Positions 41,718-52,270 of a DNA stretch of 64,000 nucleotides are shown here, piece by piece (position 1 is the first letter of the stretch; each line of letters begins with the position of its first letter). A program made the translations under genes and the position numbers. Origin of the DNA: Candidatus Marinacidobacterales bacterium (GTDB lineage Bacteria; Acidobacteriota; Vicinamibacteria; Marinacidobacterales; DATDRI01); NCBI GenBank assembly GCA_965226495.1, contig OZ245365.1:800001-864000 (forward strand). Direction: 5' to 3'. The notes beneath the pieces were generated by a model, which saw only the letters and a list, made by a program, of their open reading frames with translations, had not been told where the DNA came from and did no database searches.

Positions 41718-42046
41718 AGCTGTACGTCTCCCCGTCAGGGACATTTCAGGTTGGATAAGAGAGACTGTACACCGGGGAAGAGGGAATCGTCAACGATGGA
41801 AGCTTTCGGTGACCAAAACCACCCGACTCGGTCCGGACCGGCGCCTGGCCACGTTGATGAGCAGCAACCAACTTGCTTGGCGCCAAAGAGCCTTATGCGA
41901 TTAACCAAAAGCAATGCTACAAGCCGGGAGAGCAGCAGGCGCACTTACACAATAGTTCGCCGCTCGTCATTTTCCAAGTTTTTGCCGCTTTTAAAAGGGT
42001 TCCTGAATGCAGGATATCAAACACACTTAAGGGGGAACCTGACAAC

Positions 42047-42436
42047 ATGAACACGATCTCTCAACCAAACGACGAGGTTTCCATTATAGAGGGGTTCGAC
42101 GCTCCGGATCCGGATGGCACAAAAAGATACAACCACGGTTTGGCCTGGAGCCCCGACGAACAGGAGGCCTGGGTGGCTGAAGGCAATAAAGCCTATGTAT
42201 TCGATATGAGTAATCCTCTCAAACCACGACAAACCCATGAAATGACCTACACCTCCAGTTCATCGGAACCGGGAGAGTCGAGCCCTTCTATAGACGCTCA
42301 AGTTGCTGCTGGTATAGTTGCTCCTGGAAATGTGCATTGGATTACATTTTCCATAGATGGAGTCTATGCCTACCTGGCAAGCATCTTTGGAACAACGGAA
42401 GTATGGGATGCCAAAACTAAGAAATTTGTTCAATAG
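42047..42436 (+). pseudogene. Beta-propeller (YVTN-like) fragment, AT-richer
   Basis: NHGLAWSPDEQEAWV, HWITFSIDGVYAY, VWDAKTKKFV. Looks incomplete. Confidence 0.5.
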
Positions 42437-42450
42437 CGGAAAGGACTGAT

Positions 42451-43515
42451 ATGGCTGAATTACCCGCAATAAGCAACGAGCAACTGAACGCATTTTCACG
42501 TGCGATACTTTCTGCCGTGGGGGTGGACGATGAAGAATCGCGCGTCGTTGCCGAATGGCTCGTCGATTCGAACCTTTGCGGGCACGATTCGCATGGCGTG
42601 ATTCATATTCCCGCTTATGTGAAACTGCTGCGGAAGGGTGAGTTGGCGGCCGGTGCGTCGTTGGAGATTGTTAGCGAGACGGCGGCGATCTTTGCAGCCG
42701 ACGCCCATTTCGGCTTCGGGCCGACACAGTGCAACCGCATCATCGACAAGCTTCTTCCCATGGCGCGTGAGCAAGGCATCGCCTGTGCCACTATGAAAAA
42801 CTGCAGCCACGTTGGGCGGTTGGGTGCGTGGGTCGAACAGATAGCGACCAGCGGGTTGGCTGCGATGATGATGGTCACCGACGGCGGCGTGCAGCGCAGC
42901 GTCGCTCCTCCCGATGGAATCACACCCTGCATCGGCACGAACCCGATTGCTATCAGCGTCCCCACCGGCGGCGAACCCTTGACGCTCGACATCTCCACAT
43001 CCGCGGTAGCCAATGGAAAGATTCGCGTCGCACACTTCGCGGGGCAACAATGTCCGCCGGGCTGGCTGCAGGATGCCGATGGCAACCCCACGCGCGATCC
43101 CGCTGTTCGCTTCACCGAGCCGAAGGGAACGATTCTCCCGATGGGGGGCGAACAGGGCTACAAAGGTTTCGGACTGGCGATTTTGATGAATGTACTGACC
43201 GCCGGATTGTCGGGGGGACTGTGTCCGCCGACGGACCCCGGCACCAAAATGACCAACAGCGTACTGCTGGTCGCCTGGAATCCCGAGCGGTTTGTCGGGC
43301 CATTGCACTTCTCCGGTGAGGCCGACAAGCTGATCGAATTGGTACGCGCCGCGAAGCCCAAACCCAGCGTGGACCGCATCCGGCTGCCCGGCGACCGATT
43401 GAGCGAAACGCGTCGGCAGCGCCAGCGCGACGGGATACCGCTTGACCAGGGGACTCGCAAATCGCTGCGCGAATTGGCCAATGAATTGCAGGTCGAGGCG
43501 CCGGTGTGGCTTTAA
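42451..43515 (+). CDS. Ldh-2 (malate/L-lactate/ureidoglycolate) family oxidoreductase
   Basis: GHDSHGV, SHVGRLG, GTNPIA, GYKGFGL, RLPG. Confidence 0.93.
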   Translation: MAELPAISNEQLNAFSRAILSAVGVDDEESRVVAEWLVDSNLCGHDSHGVIHIPAYVKLLRKGELAAGASLEIVSETAAIFAADAHFGFGPTQCNRIIDKLLPMAREQGIACATMKNCSHVGRLGAWVEQIATSGLAAMMMVTDGGVQRSVAPPDGITPCIGTNPIAISVPTGGEPLTLDISTSAVANGKIRVAHFAGQQCPPGWLQDADGNPTRDPAVRFTEPKGTILPMGGEQGYKGFGLAILMNVLTAGLSGGLCPPTDPGTKMTNSVLLVAWNPERFVGPLHFSGEADKLIELVRAAKPKPSVDRIRLPGDRLSETRRQRQRDGIPLDQGTRKSLRELANELQVEAPVWL

Positions 43516-43572
43516 GGAACCTCTGATTAATTATGCACGGGCGCGACGGAGTCTTTGCGGGATGCTCGGGCT

Positions 43573-43790
43573 TTCGTCGATCGCCTTCGATCGGTGCGAG
43601 GAAATATCGATGCCCAGTTCCTGCATCACTTCTCGGGCAAATGGATGGAGATGGGTGGGCGCCGAGCCGGCGCTGTAGATCTCACGACCCTTTGGCGGAA
43701 CCGCCCGAGCCAATCCCTCGGCCATTTGGCTGCGCGCGGAATTGGCCACGCAGAGAAAGAGAATACCGATCGGTGAAGTAAAAACAGGAC
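43573..43790 (-). pseudogene. arsC: Third, truncated arsC copy
   Basis: [17 protein letters not shown]...SHRSKAIDE, then unrelated sequence. Confidence 0.85.
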
Positions 43791-43795
43791 GAACC

Positions 43796-45127
43796 ATGGC
43801 CCGACAGAGTGTCTTCCTTTCGGCAATCCTTTTGATCGGTGCGACTGTCGCGGGTGCAGAGGAATACGAGCCGCGGATCGGCGAGCCCTTCCCGCGTCTG
43901 CGGTTGCCGTCACTCGAGGATGGAAGCCCCCTCTCCGTGGCGAGCTTTCGAGGCAAGAAGGTCGTTCTTCATATCTGGGCCTCCTGGTGAGCGGGTTGCC
44001 GTAAGCACGTGCCCGGGTGGCACTCGAGAACGAAACAGCTCGCCGAGCGTGGTGAGGTGCAGGTAGCGGGGATCATCCAGGAGCAGCATCCGGATCGAGC
44101 CCGTCTCTTCATGCAGTGGAAGGGAATGGACTGGCCGATCATGATCGACTCCTTGAACCTATTGGGGGTCGCGGCAGTTCCGATCACGCTGCTTATCGAC
44201 GAGCACGGTGTCATCCAGGCCGTCCAACCGAGTGACGAGGATTTTCAAGACTTCCTAGGACGTTCGTACCCAACGAGCGAAGCGAGGCAGCAAGCCATCG
44301 CCGAACTACCGGGAGACGCGACATTTTTGTGGGAAGACGTCGCCCAAGTTGGCGAAGCGATCGACGCGTACCGTCAGGCTCTGGCAAGGGAAAGAGACGG
44401 CTCCATCCACTTTCGTTTGGGAGTTGCCTATCGGCGGCGCCACGACTCGGCCTATCGGCGCGACGGGGATTTCGCGAGGGCGGTCGAGCATTGGGGCAAG
44501 GCGCTCGCTATCGATCCGAATCAGTACATCTGGCGGCGCCGCATTCAGCAGTATGGACCGCGGCTCACTAAACCTTATTCCTTCTACGATTGGGTCTCGG
44601 ACGCGCGGCAGGAGATCGAGGCGAGAGGGGAGGCATCTGTGCCGCTCGACGCCGAGCCGGGCGGGGCGGAGTTTGCCTACCCGGCGGAGAGCTTTACGAC
44701 CACCGACTCGTTGGGGAAGGAGCCAGATCCTCGAGGCCGCATACGCCGAGACGAGGAAGGCTTGATCCGGGCGGAGACAATCGTCGTGCCCGCAGTTATG
44801 GCTGCCGGAGAGTCGGTTCGGGTTCACGTCGTCTTCCGTCCCAACCCTGATATCAAGGCGCATTGGAACAACGAAGCCGACGATCTGGTCTTTTGGGTGG
44901 ATGTGCCGGAGGGGTGGGAGGTCGACCAACGCTATTTGACCGTCTCCATCCCACCCGAGCCGGTTAGCCAGGAAGTACGAAGGGTCGAGTTCGAGCTCAA
45001 GAGCCCGGCTAATGCTTCGAGTATCACCATGATGACGCCCTATGTTCTCTACTATGTCTGCGAAGATGTGAACGGCGCATGCCTTTTCCGTAGGCAAGAT
45101 CTCCCAGTGAAAATCCAGGTCGACTGA
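43796..45127 (+). CDS. Probable selenoprotein: signal peptide, TlpA/AhpC-TSA thioredoxin domain (UxxC), TPR, DsbD-N-like C-terminus
   Basis: Two ORF-track ORFs are in frame across TGA 43988-43990, giving HIWASW-U-AG-C-R. Hairpin GTGCC-CGGGT-GGCAC at 44009-44023. Confidence 0.8.
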
Positions 45128-45178
45128 CCTGTAAGCAACTGATTTAGCATGGGTAAGGATGTTTTGTTGTTTTTATTA

Positions 45179-45201
45179 ACAAATATATTTGTACGTACAA
45201 T
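45179..45201 (+). promoter_or_regulatory. AT-rich promoter/operator with two overlapping palindromes
   Basis: ACAAATATATTTGT (45179-45192) and TTGTACGTACAA (45189-45200), with a -10-like TACAAT, just upstream of a regulator gene. Confidence 0.6.
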
Positions 45202-45213
45202 AATAATTGTCAT

Positions 45214-45846
45214 ATGAAGCAGGAACGCACTCCACCCGTCGAGCTCGAGAGCATTCGCGATCCTCAACGGGTCACGGTGTTGATGCATCCACTGCGGCTC
45301 AGAATCTTGAGCCTCGCGAAGAGCCCCGCGTCGGCCACGGAGCTGGCGGGCCGGCTTCAGCTTCCTCGGCAGAGAGTGAACTATCACGTGCGAGAGCTTG
45401 CGGGAGCCCGGTTTCTGCGTCGGGCCGGGCAGCGTCGCAAACGCAATCTGATCGAACGGTGTTACCAGGCCAGCGCGCGGTCCTACGTCCTAGCTCCCGA
45501 AGTTCTCGGTCCGCTGGCCGCTGATTGGCGACGAATTGAAGACACCATGAGCGCCCAGTACTTGATCGCCCTGGGTTCCTTGGTGCAACGGGAGCTCTCG
45601 CACGTAAGCCGCGACGCTCAGAAGCAGGGGAAGAGGCTTGCGACTCTGTCGATGACTTCTGAGCTCCGCTTCGAGAGTGCAGAGCAGCGGGAGTCATTCG
45701 TCGATGTCATGCGTGAGGCTCTGGTAAAGGTCATTGCCGAGCACAGTTCACCTGCACTTCTTTCCGATGGAGGCTCCGGTCCCGGCCGGCCATACCGATT
45801 GGTGATGGGATGTTATCCGATGCCGAAGGAGGAGGACGATGGTTGA
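45214..45846 (+). CDS. ArsR-like wHTH transcriptional regulator
   Basis: HPLRLRIL, SATELA, RQRVNYHVREL. Confidence 0.88.
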   Translation: MKQERTPPVELESIRDPQRVTVLMHPLRLRILSLAKSPASATELAGRLQLPRQRVNYHVRELAGARFLRRAGQRRKRNLIERCYQASARSYVLAPEVLGPLAADWRRIEDTMSAQYLIALGSLVQRELSHVSRDAQKQGKRLATLSMTSELRFESAEQRESFVDVMREALVKVIAEHSSPALLSDGGSGPGRPYRLVMGCYPMPKEEDDG

Positions 45847-46659
45847 CAAGAAACAAACGCAAGAGCGCAAGGGGCGCGTGATGCGGAAAGAAATGACGAC
45901 TCGCGCCGCGCCTCGGGAAGTGTGGGAGGCCTGGGCGGATCCAGCGAAGCTGGCCCAGTGGTTCACCGATGGCGCCGAAGGCGAGGCCAAGGCGGGTGGC
46001 AGCATGACGTGGATTTTCGACAAGTTCGGCTACCGGTTTACCTACGACGTCTTGGAAGCACGACCTGAGGAAAGATTAGTCTTGACCGTAACACCGCCCG
46101 GTAGGTCGTCGCCGTGGCTCCTAGAGATCGACATCGAACAGGCGGGCGGCCGCACCGTCTTGAAGCTAGTCCAATCCGGATTCGGCGAGGGCGCGGAGTG
46201 GGACGACGAGTATCAAGGGATCAACTCCGGATGGGACATGGCGCTCGCGATCTTGAAGCACTATCTAGAAAACTACTTCGGACGGCCGCGCCATCACGCG
46301 CTGGTCATGGTTCCCTTCGAGTACTCGTCTTCGCAGCTACGGCCCTTTTACCGTGAAGAGCGCAGCCTGGCGAAGTGGCTCACTAGGGACGGTGCGGTTG
46401 GCGAGCCGGGGGCCACTACGAGCTCACTCTTATGACCGGAGACAAGATGGTCGGAGAGGTCTTGGCGGATACCGGAACCGAGGTGCAGTTGAGTTGGACC
46501 GAGATCGAGGGCGCGGTGGCCTTGAAGGCGTTCTCCCTGGGGCCGCAAAAGGTGCTGTGTATCGACGTCGTGACGTGGGCAGAAAAAAATCGGCTCGACG
46601 AGATCGAGCCGACCATGGCGAGCTCTCTCGAACGCCTCAAATTGGCTCTGACCGCCTGA
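45839..46659 (+). pseudogene. SRPBCC/AHSA1 domain protein; frameshift in the G-run near 46408
   Basis: APREVWEAWADPAKLAQWF, GW...L..Y. A frame change restores GEPG-GHYELTLMTGD. Confidence 0.75.
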
Positions 46660-46664
46660 GCGAG

Positions 46665-47201
46665 CTACTTCCCCGGTGCCACCTGGATCTCGAACCCCTT
46701 ACCCTTGCGGTGGGAGTTCTCTTCATGTCCGACCACCCGAGCCATCGGGACAATCGCCAACTCGGTGGCATTCTCGTTCGGATTGGGAAACAAGTGAAGG
46801 AGTCTTGTTTTGTCACTAGACGCGAGCTGACTCGCCTCTTCTTTATTCAAGTATCCGACCAAAAACGCGCTCCCGTCGGGCAGCTTGTGTGCCTCGTAGC
46901 AATTCAAATTGTTTTTGTAGAACAGCGGAAAGTTGTCGGCGGCAGGGGAGTAGGTGAATCCGTAGACACCCTTGGGGAGTCGGTCGATACCGGTCCCGTC
47001 TTCTTCCTCCGTCACGATCCTCACTTGGTGCTGGGCCCGCAGGTCTTCGATCTCTCTTAGTTCAGTCGGCACGGCATATCCTTTCTCTTTTTGGTTGGCC
47101 TTGGCGAAGGCCGTCGGATCATAGCGCTCTGCCGGAACCTTTTCAATCCCGTGCGGCCACCGTGCTAGTATTTGTTGAGCGGCTTCGGCCGCAAACTCCA
47201 A
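46665..47201 (-). CDS. Hypothetical protein
   Basis: Open frame with protein-like composition filling a gap. Start uncertain. Confidence 0.5.
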   Translation of the reverse strand: MEFAAEAAQQILARWPHGIEKVPAERYDPTAFAKANQKEKGYAVPTELREIEDLRAQHQVRIVTEEEDGTGIDRLPKGVYGFTYSPAADNFPLFYKNNLNCYEAHKLPDGSAFLVGYLNKEEASQLASSDKTRLLHLFPNPNENATELAIVPMARVVGHEENSHRKGKGFEIQVAPGK

Positions 47202-47217
47202 CAATCTAGATAGGAAG

Positions 47218-48433
47218 ATGACGGTGCAGAACCGAGAGCAGCCGTGGTCCCGGCGTCCCGACTGGACGGCGGGAAGAATCGAATACTCCAGCAAAGGGAG
47301 TATGGTCGGTGTTTGGTTGATGGCGCTGCTCGTCCTCCTGATGTCCTCACCCCTGCTCTACCGTTTACGCGAAGAGATCCTCGAGAAGAAGAACTACCCT
47401 GCGCTGGCGGGTCTCGTTTTTCCGGTCCTGGGAATCGGTCTGCTGATTCACGCGATTCGACTCACCATCCGGTGGTTGCGGTTCGGTAAGTCGGTTCTGG
47501 AGCTTTCGCGCGTGCCAGGGGTGATCGGAGGAACGGTGGCTGGCATCATCCATACCAGCTTGAATAGGGAGACAGTCGAAGGCATACGAATGAGCCTCCG
47601 ATCGATCAACCGTAGCGTCAGGAGAAAGCATCGCAAGCGGGACGTGAGAGAAAGGATCGTATGGGAGGAGCACCTTCCAATCTCGAGAGAGCGGCTTTCC
47701 GTCGGGATGATGGGGGCCGCGGTACCCTTCTCGTTTCATGTGCATTCGATTGTCAAGAAACGACCGATGAAGAGTCCGACAATCGCGTCCTCTGGATTCT
47801 CACGCTCAGGCGAGCGTTCCCGGTGTGGACTACCAAGCGGAGTTCGAGCTTCCGGTCTTCCGTACCGAAGAAAGCTCACCCGAGCCAGTTCCGTCGCCGC
47901 CAGGACGGAGTCTGGAGCCCAGCGAGCTCGGGAATCCTGCCGCCCGATCCAAGATTCGAGTCCGAACGACGCCATTAGGAGGCACGGAGTTCTATTTTCC
48001 TGCCGGCCGGAATCCATCTGCTGCGGGATCGCTCAGCGTCTTTCTGCTGATCTGGGTCGGCGCTATCTGGTTCCAAGTTCACCTTGGGGCACCGATGTTT
48101 TTTCCCATCGTGTTCAGCATCTTTGGTGCGTTGATATTGTGGTTCGTCCTGGATCTATGGTTCGGGTCGACTCGGGTAGTCATGGACGCAGACCAGGTGC
48201 GCGTCAAAAACGCCGTTCTCGGCCTGGGTAGCACCCGCCGGTACCTCCCTTCGGAGTTCGCCGACGTCAGAAAGAAGATTAGCATGCAGTCGGGTGGACG
48301 AAATGGGACCGCGTACTATTTGATTCGTCTGGTGCGGAGCTCGGGTCGCGACGTAGTGGCCGGCGAACAAATCAAAGATAAGCGAGAAGCGGAACGGTTG
48401 GCTGCTCAGTACAAGAACATCCTCGGTCTTTGA
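47218..48433 (+). pseudogene. Membrane protein with two frameshifts (~47740 and ~47810)
   Basis: Frames join as PFSFHV-FDCQETTDEESDNRVLWILTL-VPGVDYQAEFELPVF. Two TM pairs. Confidence 0.65.
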
Positions 48434-48468
48434 CACCATCATACGGCGCATCCTAGAATCCCCTTCGA

Positions 48469-50292
48469 ATGCGTCTCCGCCTCGCTTTGGGGATGGTTCT
48501 TTTTCTGGCCGCCGCCCTCCGATTCACCGGCTTATCCTGGGGTCTTCAACACACTCCCCATGTAGACGAACGCTATTTCGTCGAAAACGTCGCGGTGATG
48601 CTGGCGGAAGGGGACCTCGACTACCGTTTCTACGAATACCCCGGACTGTTCTTCTACCTTCTATATCCGGTTCTTGCCGCCGTGGACACGGACGTGCCGG
48701 CTGGTCCGGAGGCCTACTTGGCGGCTCGCGGTGTGGTGGCCGCGTTCGGTGTGGCGAGCGTCGCCCTCGTCTACCTTCTCGGCCTGCGGCTCGGCGGTCC
48801 AATAACGGGGCTCGTGGCAGCGTTATTCCTAGCCGTGTCGCCGGTTGAAGTCCACACCGCCCACAGCGTACGACCCGACGTGGTGCTCGAAACCTTCGTC
48901 CTTCTCGCCTTTCTCGTATTCCGCGCTGTGGGTGAAACTAGGCGGCAGGACGCTTTGTCGGGAATGGCCTTGGGCGCCGCGACCGCGGTGAAGTTTTCGG
49001 GAATCCTCTTGGTCCCTTCCTATATCGTCTATCGCCTTCTCGCTCCCGGGCCTCGTCTTGGTCGGATGTTTTTGGCGGGAGGGCTCTCCCTCCTTACGTT
49101 TTTGGTCTTGTCTCCATATACGCTGCTCAACGTCCGGGGGTTCTTGGACGGTGTCTTCACTCAATTCGACTACCACTATGTCGACCGCTCCGAAGGCGCC
49201 ACGGACTATCTTGGGATGCTTTGGATTTACTTGGGGCATCCCGAAGGTACTCTTCGCAAGGCATTGGGGAATCTTGGCGTGCTGCTCATGCTGGTGGGAG
49301 TGTTCCCCGCGTTGAGAGAATGGCGGAAGTGGATCCCGCTGTTGCTTTTCCCGGTTGTAGTGGTGGCTGCGTTCTCGACCGCCGAGGTTCGCCACGATCG
49401 TTTTCTAGTGCCGACGCTCGGTGTCCTGACCCTGCTCGTCGGTCGGGCCGCGGCGCACCTTTACCGGAGGCAGGCCCCGGCGACGATTGCGCTGATTCTG
49501 ATTGCGTTGGCGTTTCCTTTTTATTCATCGCTCTCCTACGTGCGCGACGTATCGCGGCCCAGCACGCGGGATCAGGCGCTCGGCTGGATGGAGGCTAATC
49601 TCGCACCGGGGTCTCGTGTGTTGAGCCCGCTTACTGACGTGGGAGGCCACGAAAACCAATTCGAGATTCTGAAGGCGAGCAACCTGCCAGAGCAGTTCCA
49701 CCTGCAGTCGGCGAACACCGGGCTGGTGATGCTCCGGCCCGCCGACGAGGAAAGGTATAGCGTCGAGCTTCCGCTCACCGTCGCGATCGAGCCAGAGAGC
49801 ATCTATTCCGGCCCGCCGCTGCGACTCTACGCGGTCCCCGACCGATTCCGCCCTGAGTACCAGAAGATCCCGCTCGAGCTTTCCTGGCTTTCGGCTTCGG
49901 AGGCTCTGGAACGAATACCTAACCTCATCGATGGTCGCCTCGCTTCTTATTGGGAGACCGAAGGAGGCCAACGGCCTGGCAACTGGATCCAAGTCCGGTT
50001 CCCGACACCGATGGTCCTCGGACGCATTGAGCTCAGTTCCGGAAACCGCCCGCTTCGCAGCGCACGGCGGCTCCGCCTCGAAGGTCTAACCGAGGACGAA
50101 GTCTGGAGAGAGATCCCCTACGTTATGGGGAGGCCGGGGCTCCAAAGGCAAGTGGTCGACGACGAGGGGCCGAGCCAGCTTCTGCTCACGGAGCCGACGA
50201 CAGTTCGTGGCCTTCGTGTCTTTCAAACCGGCCAGCGAACCAAACCTTGGTCGATTGCAGAGCTTCGAGTCGATGCGGTGCTATCCCCCTGA
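48469..50292 (+). CDS. GT-C (PMT/ArnT, GT39-like) glycosyltransferase with discoidin-like C-terminal domain
   Basis: HVDE, YPG, many TM helices; C-terminal IDG...W...WIQV.F...WSIAELRV. Confidence 0.85.
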   Translation: MRLRLALGMVLFLAAALRFTGLSWGLQHTPHVDERYFVENVAVMLAEGDLDYRFYEYPGLFFYLLYPVLAAVDTDVPAGPEAYLAARGVVAAFGVASVALVYLLGLRLGGPITGLVAALFLAVSPVEVHTAHSVRPDVVLETFVLLAFLVFRAVGETRRQDALSGMALGAATAVKFSGILLVPSYIVYRLLAPGPRLGRMFLAGGLSLLTFLVLSPYTLLNVRGFLDGVFTQFDYHYVDRSEGATDYLGMLWIYLGHPEGTLRKALGNLGVLLMLVGVFPALREWRKWIPLLLFPVVVVAAFSTAEVRHDRFLVPTLGVLTLLVGRAAAHLYRRQAPATIALILIALAFPFYSSLSYVRDVSRPSTRDQALGWMEANLAPGSRVLSPLTDVGGHENQFEILKASNLPEQFHLQSANTGLVMLRPADEERYSVELPLTVAIEPESIYSGPPLRLYAVPDRFRPEYQKIPLELSWLSASEALERIPNLIDGRLASYWETEGGQRPGNWIQVRFPTPMVLGRIELSSGNRPLRSARRLRLEGLTEDEVWREIPYVMGRPGLQRQVVDDEGPSQLLLTEPTTVRGLRVFQTGQRTKPWSIAELRVDAVLSP

Positions 50293-50295
50293 GGG

Positions 50296-50817
50296 TTAGT
50301 CCGAACGGCGCCAATCCATCAGCTTGAGCGCGGCGGCAAGAAGCACGATTCCGATCGGAACGACCAGGACGTTCCACGTCGCGTTCTCTTCTAGTAGGAG
50401 CACTTCCCACAAGAACAACACCGCCAATACTACAATAATGACTTCCACCAGCACCTGTTTGAGACGCTCGATACTAGTGATTTGGGCCCACGGCGCTCCT
50501 GCCAGGGTCTTGGGCGCCTTGATCTCAGCGATGAACAGATTGTAGACGCCGAACGAGAAGATGAGGAGGACGAGTCCGATGAGGAACGCATCCATCGACT
50601 GCAGCACGGAGATCATGGCTTGGTCGGCGAGGTCGAGGTGAACCGGCGCATCCATGACCAAAGGTTTTGCGAGAAAAAAAGCCTGGAACGCCTTAATCGA
50701 TTTCCAAGCACCGTTCAAAAACATCAACAGTGCCTCGAGAAGAGAAAAGACTACTACGATCATCGCGAGGTAACGCGCTTTTTCGAAAGGATGGGTTCTC
50801 GGTTCCTCTTTGGCCAT
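50296..50817 (-). CDS. YqhA/UPF0114 membrane protein
   Basis: DAFLIGLVLLIFSFGVYNLFI, ITSIERLK. Confidence 0.85.
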   Translation of the reverse strand: MAKEEPRTHPFEKARYLAMIVVVFSLLEALLMFLNGAWKSIKAFQAFFLAKPLVMDAPVHLDLADQAMISVLQSMDAFLIGLVLLIFSFGVYNLFIAEIKAPKTLAGAPWAQITSIERLKQVLVEVIIVVLAVLFLWEVLLLEENATWNVLVVPIGIVLLAAALKLMDWRRSD

Positions 50818-50828
50818 CAGACTCTTCC

Positions 50829-51839
50829 TCAGTCACTCGAGAGGGCAGCCACCAGCGCGAGATCTTGTTCTCGTACCGTGTGGGTGTCGAACTTGCGGGC
50901 CGACGCTGCCATGCGAGTGAGTGCCGCCCCGATTGGCATTGGCGGCTCGGTCTTGCCTTTCTTCGCGCGATGAAAGCGCACGGGATTGATACGAGCCACG
51001 ACGTAGTTGCGCAAGTACGGCGATTTGAACCCGCGTTCCTTCAGCTCGTTCACGATCTCCTTGACCCGCTCATCGATCTGCGCCAGGCGGGCGGCCAAGC
51101 CCTCTCGTTGCTGGAGACTCTTGGGAAGTGTGCCGGTGGCGAAACGATCGACTTTGCGCAGAAACGAGAAGTAGGGACTCCCCGCGAAGCGTCGCTGGTC
51201 CTCATAGATGATACCCAGGGTCAAAAGTGCGGGTTCTTCGAACTCCGCGCCGTAGTCTTTCTCCTTAGAGCGCGGCTTCCTCGCCGCTAGCTCGCGCGCC
51301 ATCCGTATGACCTCGAGGCTCCGGTCTTTCAGATTGTGAGCCTTCTCCGTATTGAGGGCGAGGATCTTGAACGCGAGCTCCTCGTCCGGGGAGACGAGCG
51401 CGGTCACCGCTTGAAGACCCAGCACCTTGGCCGCCGCATGCCGATGGCGGCCGTTCGGGGTCCACAGGCGTCCATCCGGCGCCTGAACGACGATGAGAGG
51501 ATCCAGAAAGACGCCGGCCTCTTCAATTTTCTGCGCGAGGCGTTTCGTATGTGTCGGCGAGAGATCCCGCTGAAACGGTGTTGGCTCGACGGCTTTCAAT
51601 GGCACGACTGCGATCAGAAGAGGTTTGCCGGAAAAAGGCTCCCGGTAGGCGCCGACCGGCGTTCCCCCTACCTCGCGGATGCGCTCGGAGAGAGCAGTCA
51701 GAGACGGATCGTCGACACCCAGCAAGACCTCGTCGCCAGCCAGGCCACGCTTTTCCTTGCGAGGTGTGAGGCGTTTTCGGGACGCCCCTGCCTTTTTCTT
51801 CTTCGACCTAGTCTTTTTCTTCTTCGCCGCTTTGGCCAC
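50829..51839 (-). CDS. ParB/Srx N-terminal domain protein
   Basis: PTPFQRD, FLDPLIV, TPNGRHR, ALNTEK. Lys-rich N-terminus. Confidence 0.8.
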   Translation of the reverse strand: MAKAAKKKKTRSKKKKAGASRKRLTPRKEKRGLAGDEVLLGVDDPSLTALSERIREVGGTPVGAYREPFSGKPLLIAVVPLKAVEPTPFQRDLSPTHTKRLAQKIEEAGVFLDPLIVVQAPDGRLWTPNGRHRHAAAKVLGLQAVTALVSPDEELAFKILALNTEKAHNLKDRSLEVIRMARELAARKPRSKEKDYGAEFEEPALLTLGIIYEDQRRFAGSPYFSFLRKVDRFATGTLPKSLQQREGLAARLAQIDERVKEIVNELKERGFKSPYLRNYVVARINPVRFHRAKKGKTEPPMPIGAALTRMAASARKFDTHTVREQDLALVAALSSD

Positions 51840-51930
51840 CAGTTACCTCGATCTCAGGAAACTAGATTTAGCACATTCGGGTCAGCCGAGGAAAGCAAGC
51901 GTCAGACGTAGTATCGTCCGGCGAGACGCC

Positions 51931-52270
51931 ATGATCTCACTGCGTTGGTTGATTGTCCTCGCCGCGGGTCTCGGCTCGGTACCGCCCGCCGTCGGCGAGG
52001 CCCGCCAACAATGGCTCGAAGTAAAGTCGCGGCACTTCACAGTTCTCACCGACGCGGGTGAGGGAAGCGGTCGTCGTCTTGCCCGAGAGTTTGAGCTGAT
52101 TCGCGTCGTCTTCCAGCAGGCTTTCGGCCATTCTCCGGTCGACCCAGCGGAACCGATCTTCATCTACGCGCTCCAGGAGGAAAGCGGCATGGCCGAGTTG
52201 CTTCCTCGTTTTTGGGAAGACCAGACGCGCGAGAGCACTTCGAGAAAGCGGCCAAGCTCGAGGCTGAGCA
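51931..52270 (+). pseudogene. N-terminal remnant of a secreted protein (DUF1570-like N-terminus)
   Basis: Signal peptide and WLEVKSRHFTVLTDA; the frame then runs into the convergent gene. Confidence 0.5.

Noticed and set aside
46400-47830. Programmed frameshifting in the SRPBCC and membrane protein genes
   Set aside because: No canonical slippery heptamer with a downstream structure. Scattered single-base indels across the window point to sequencing error or decay.
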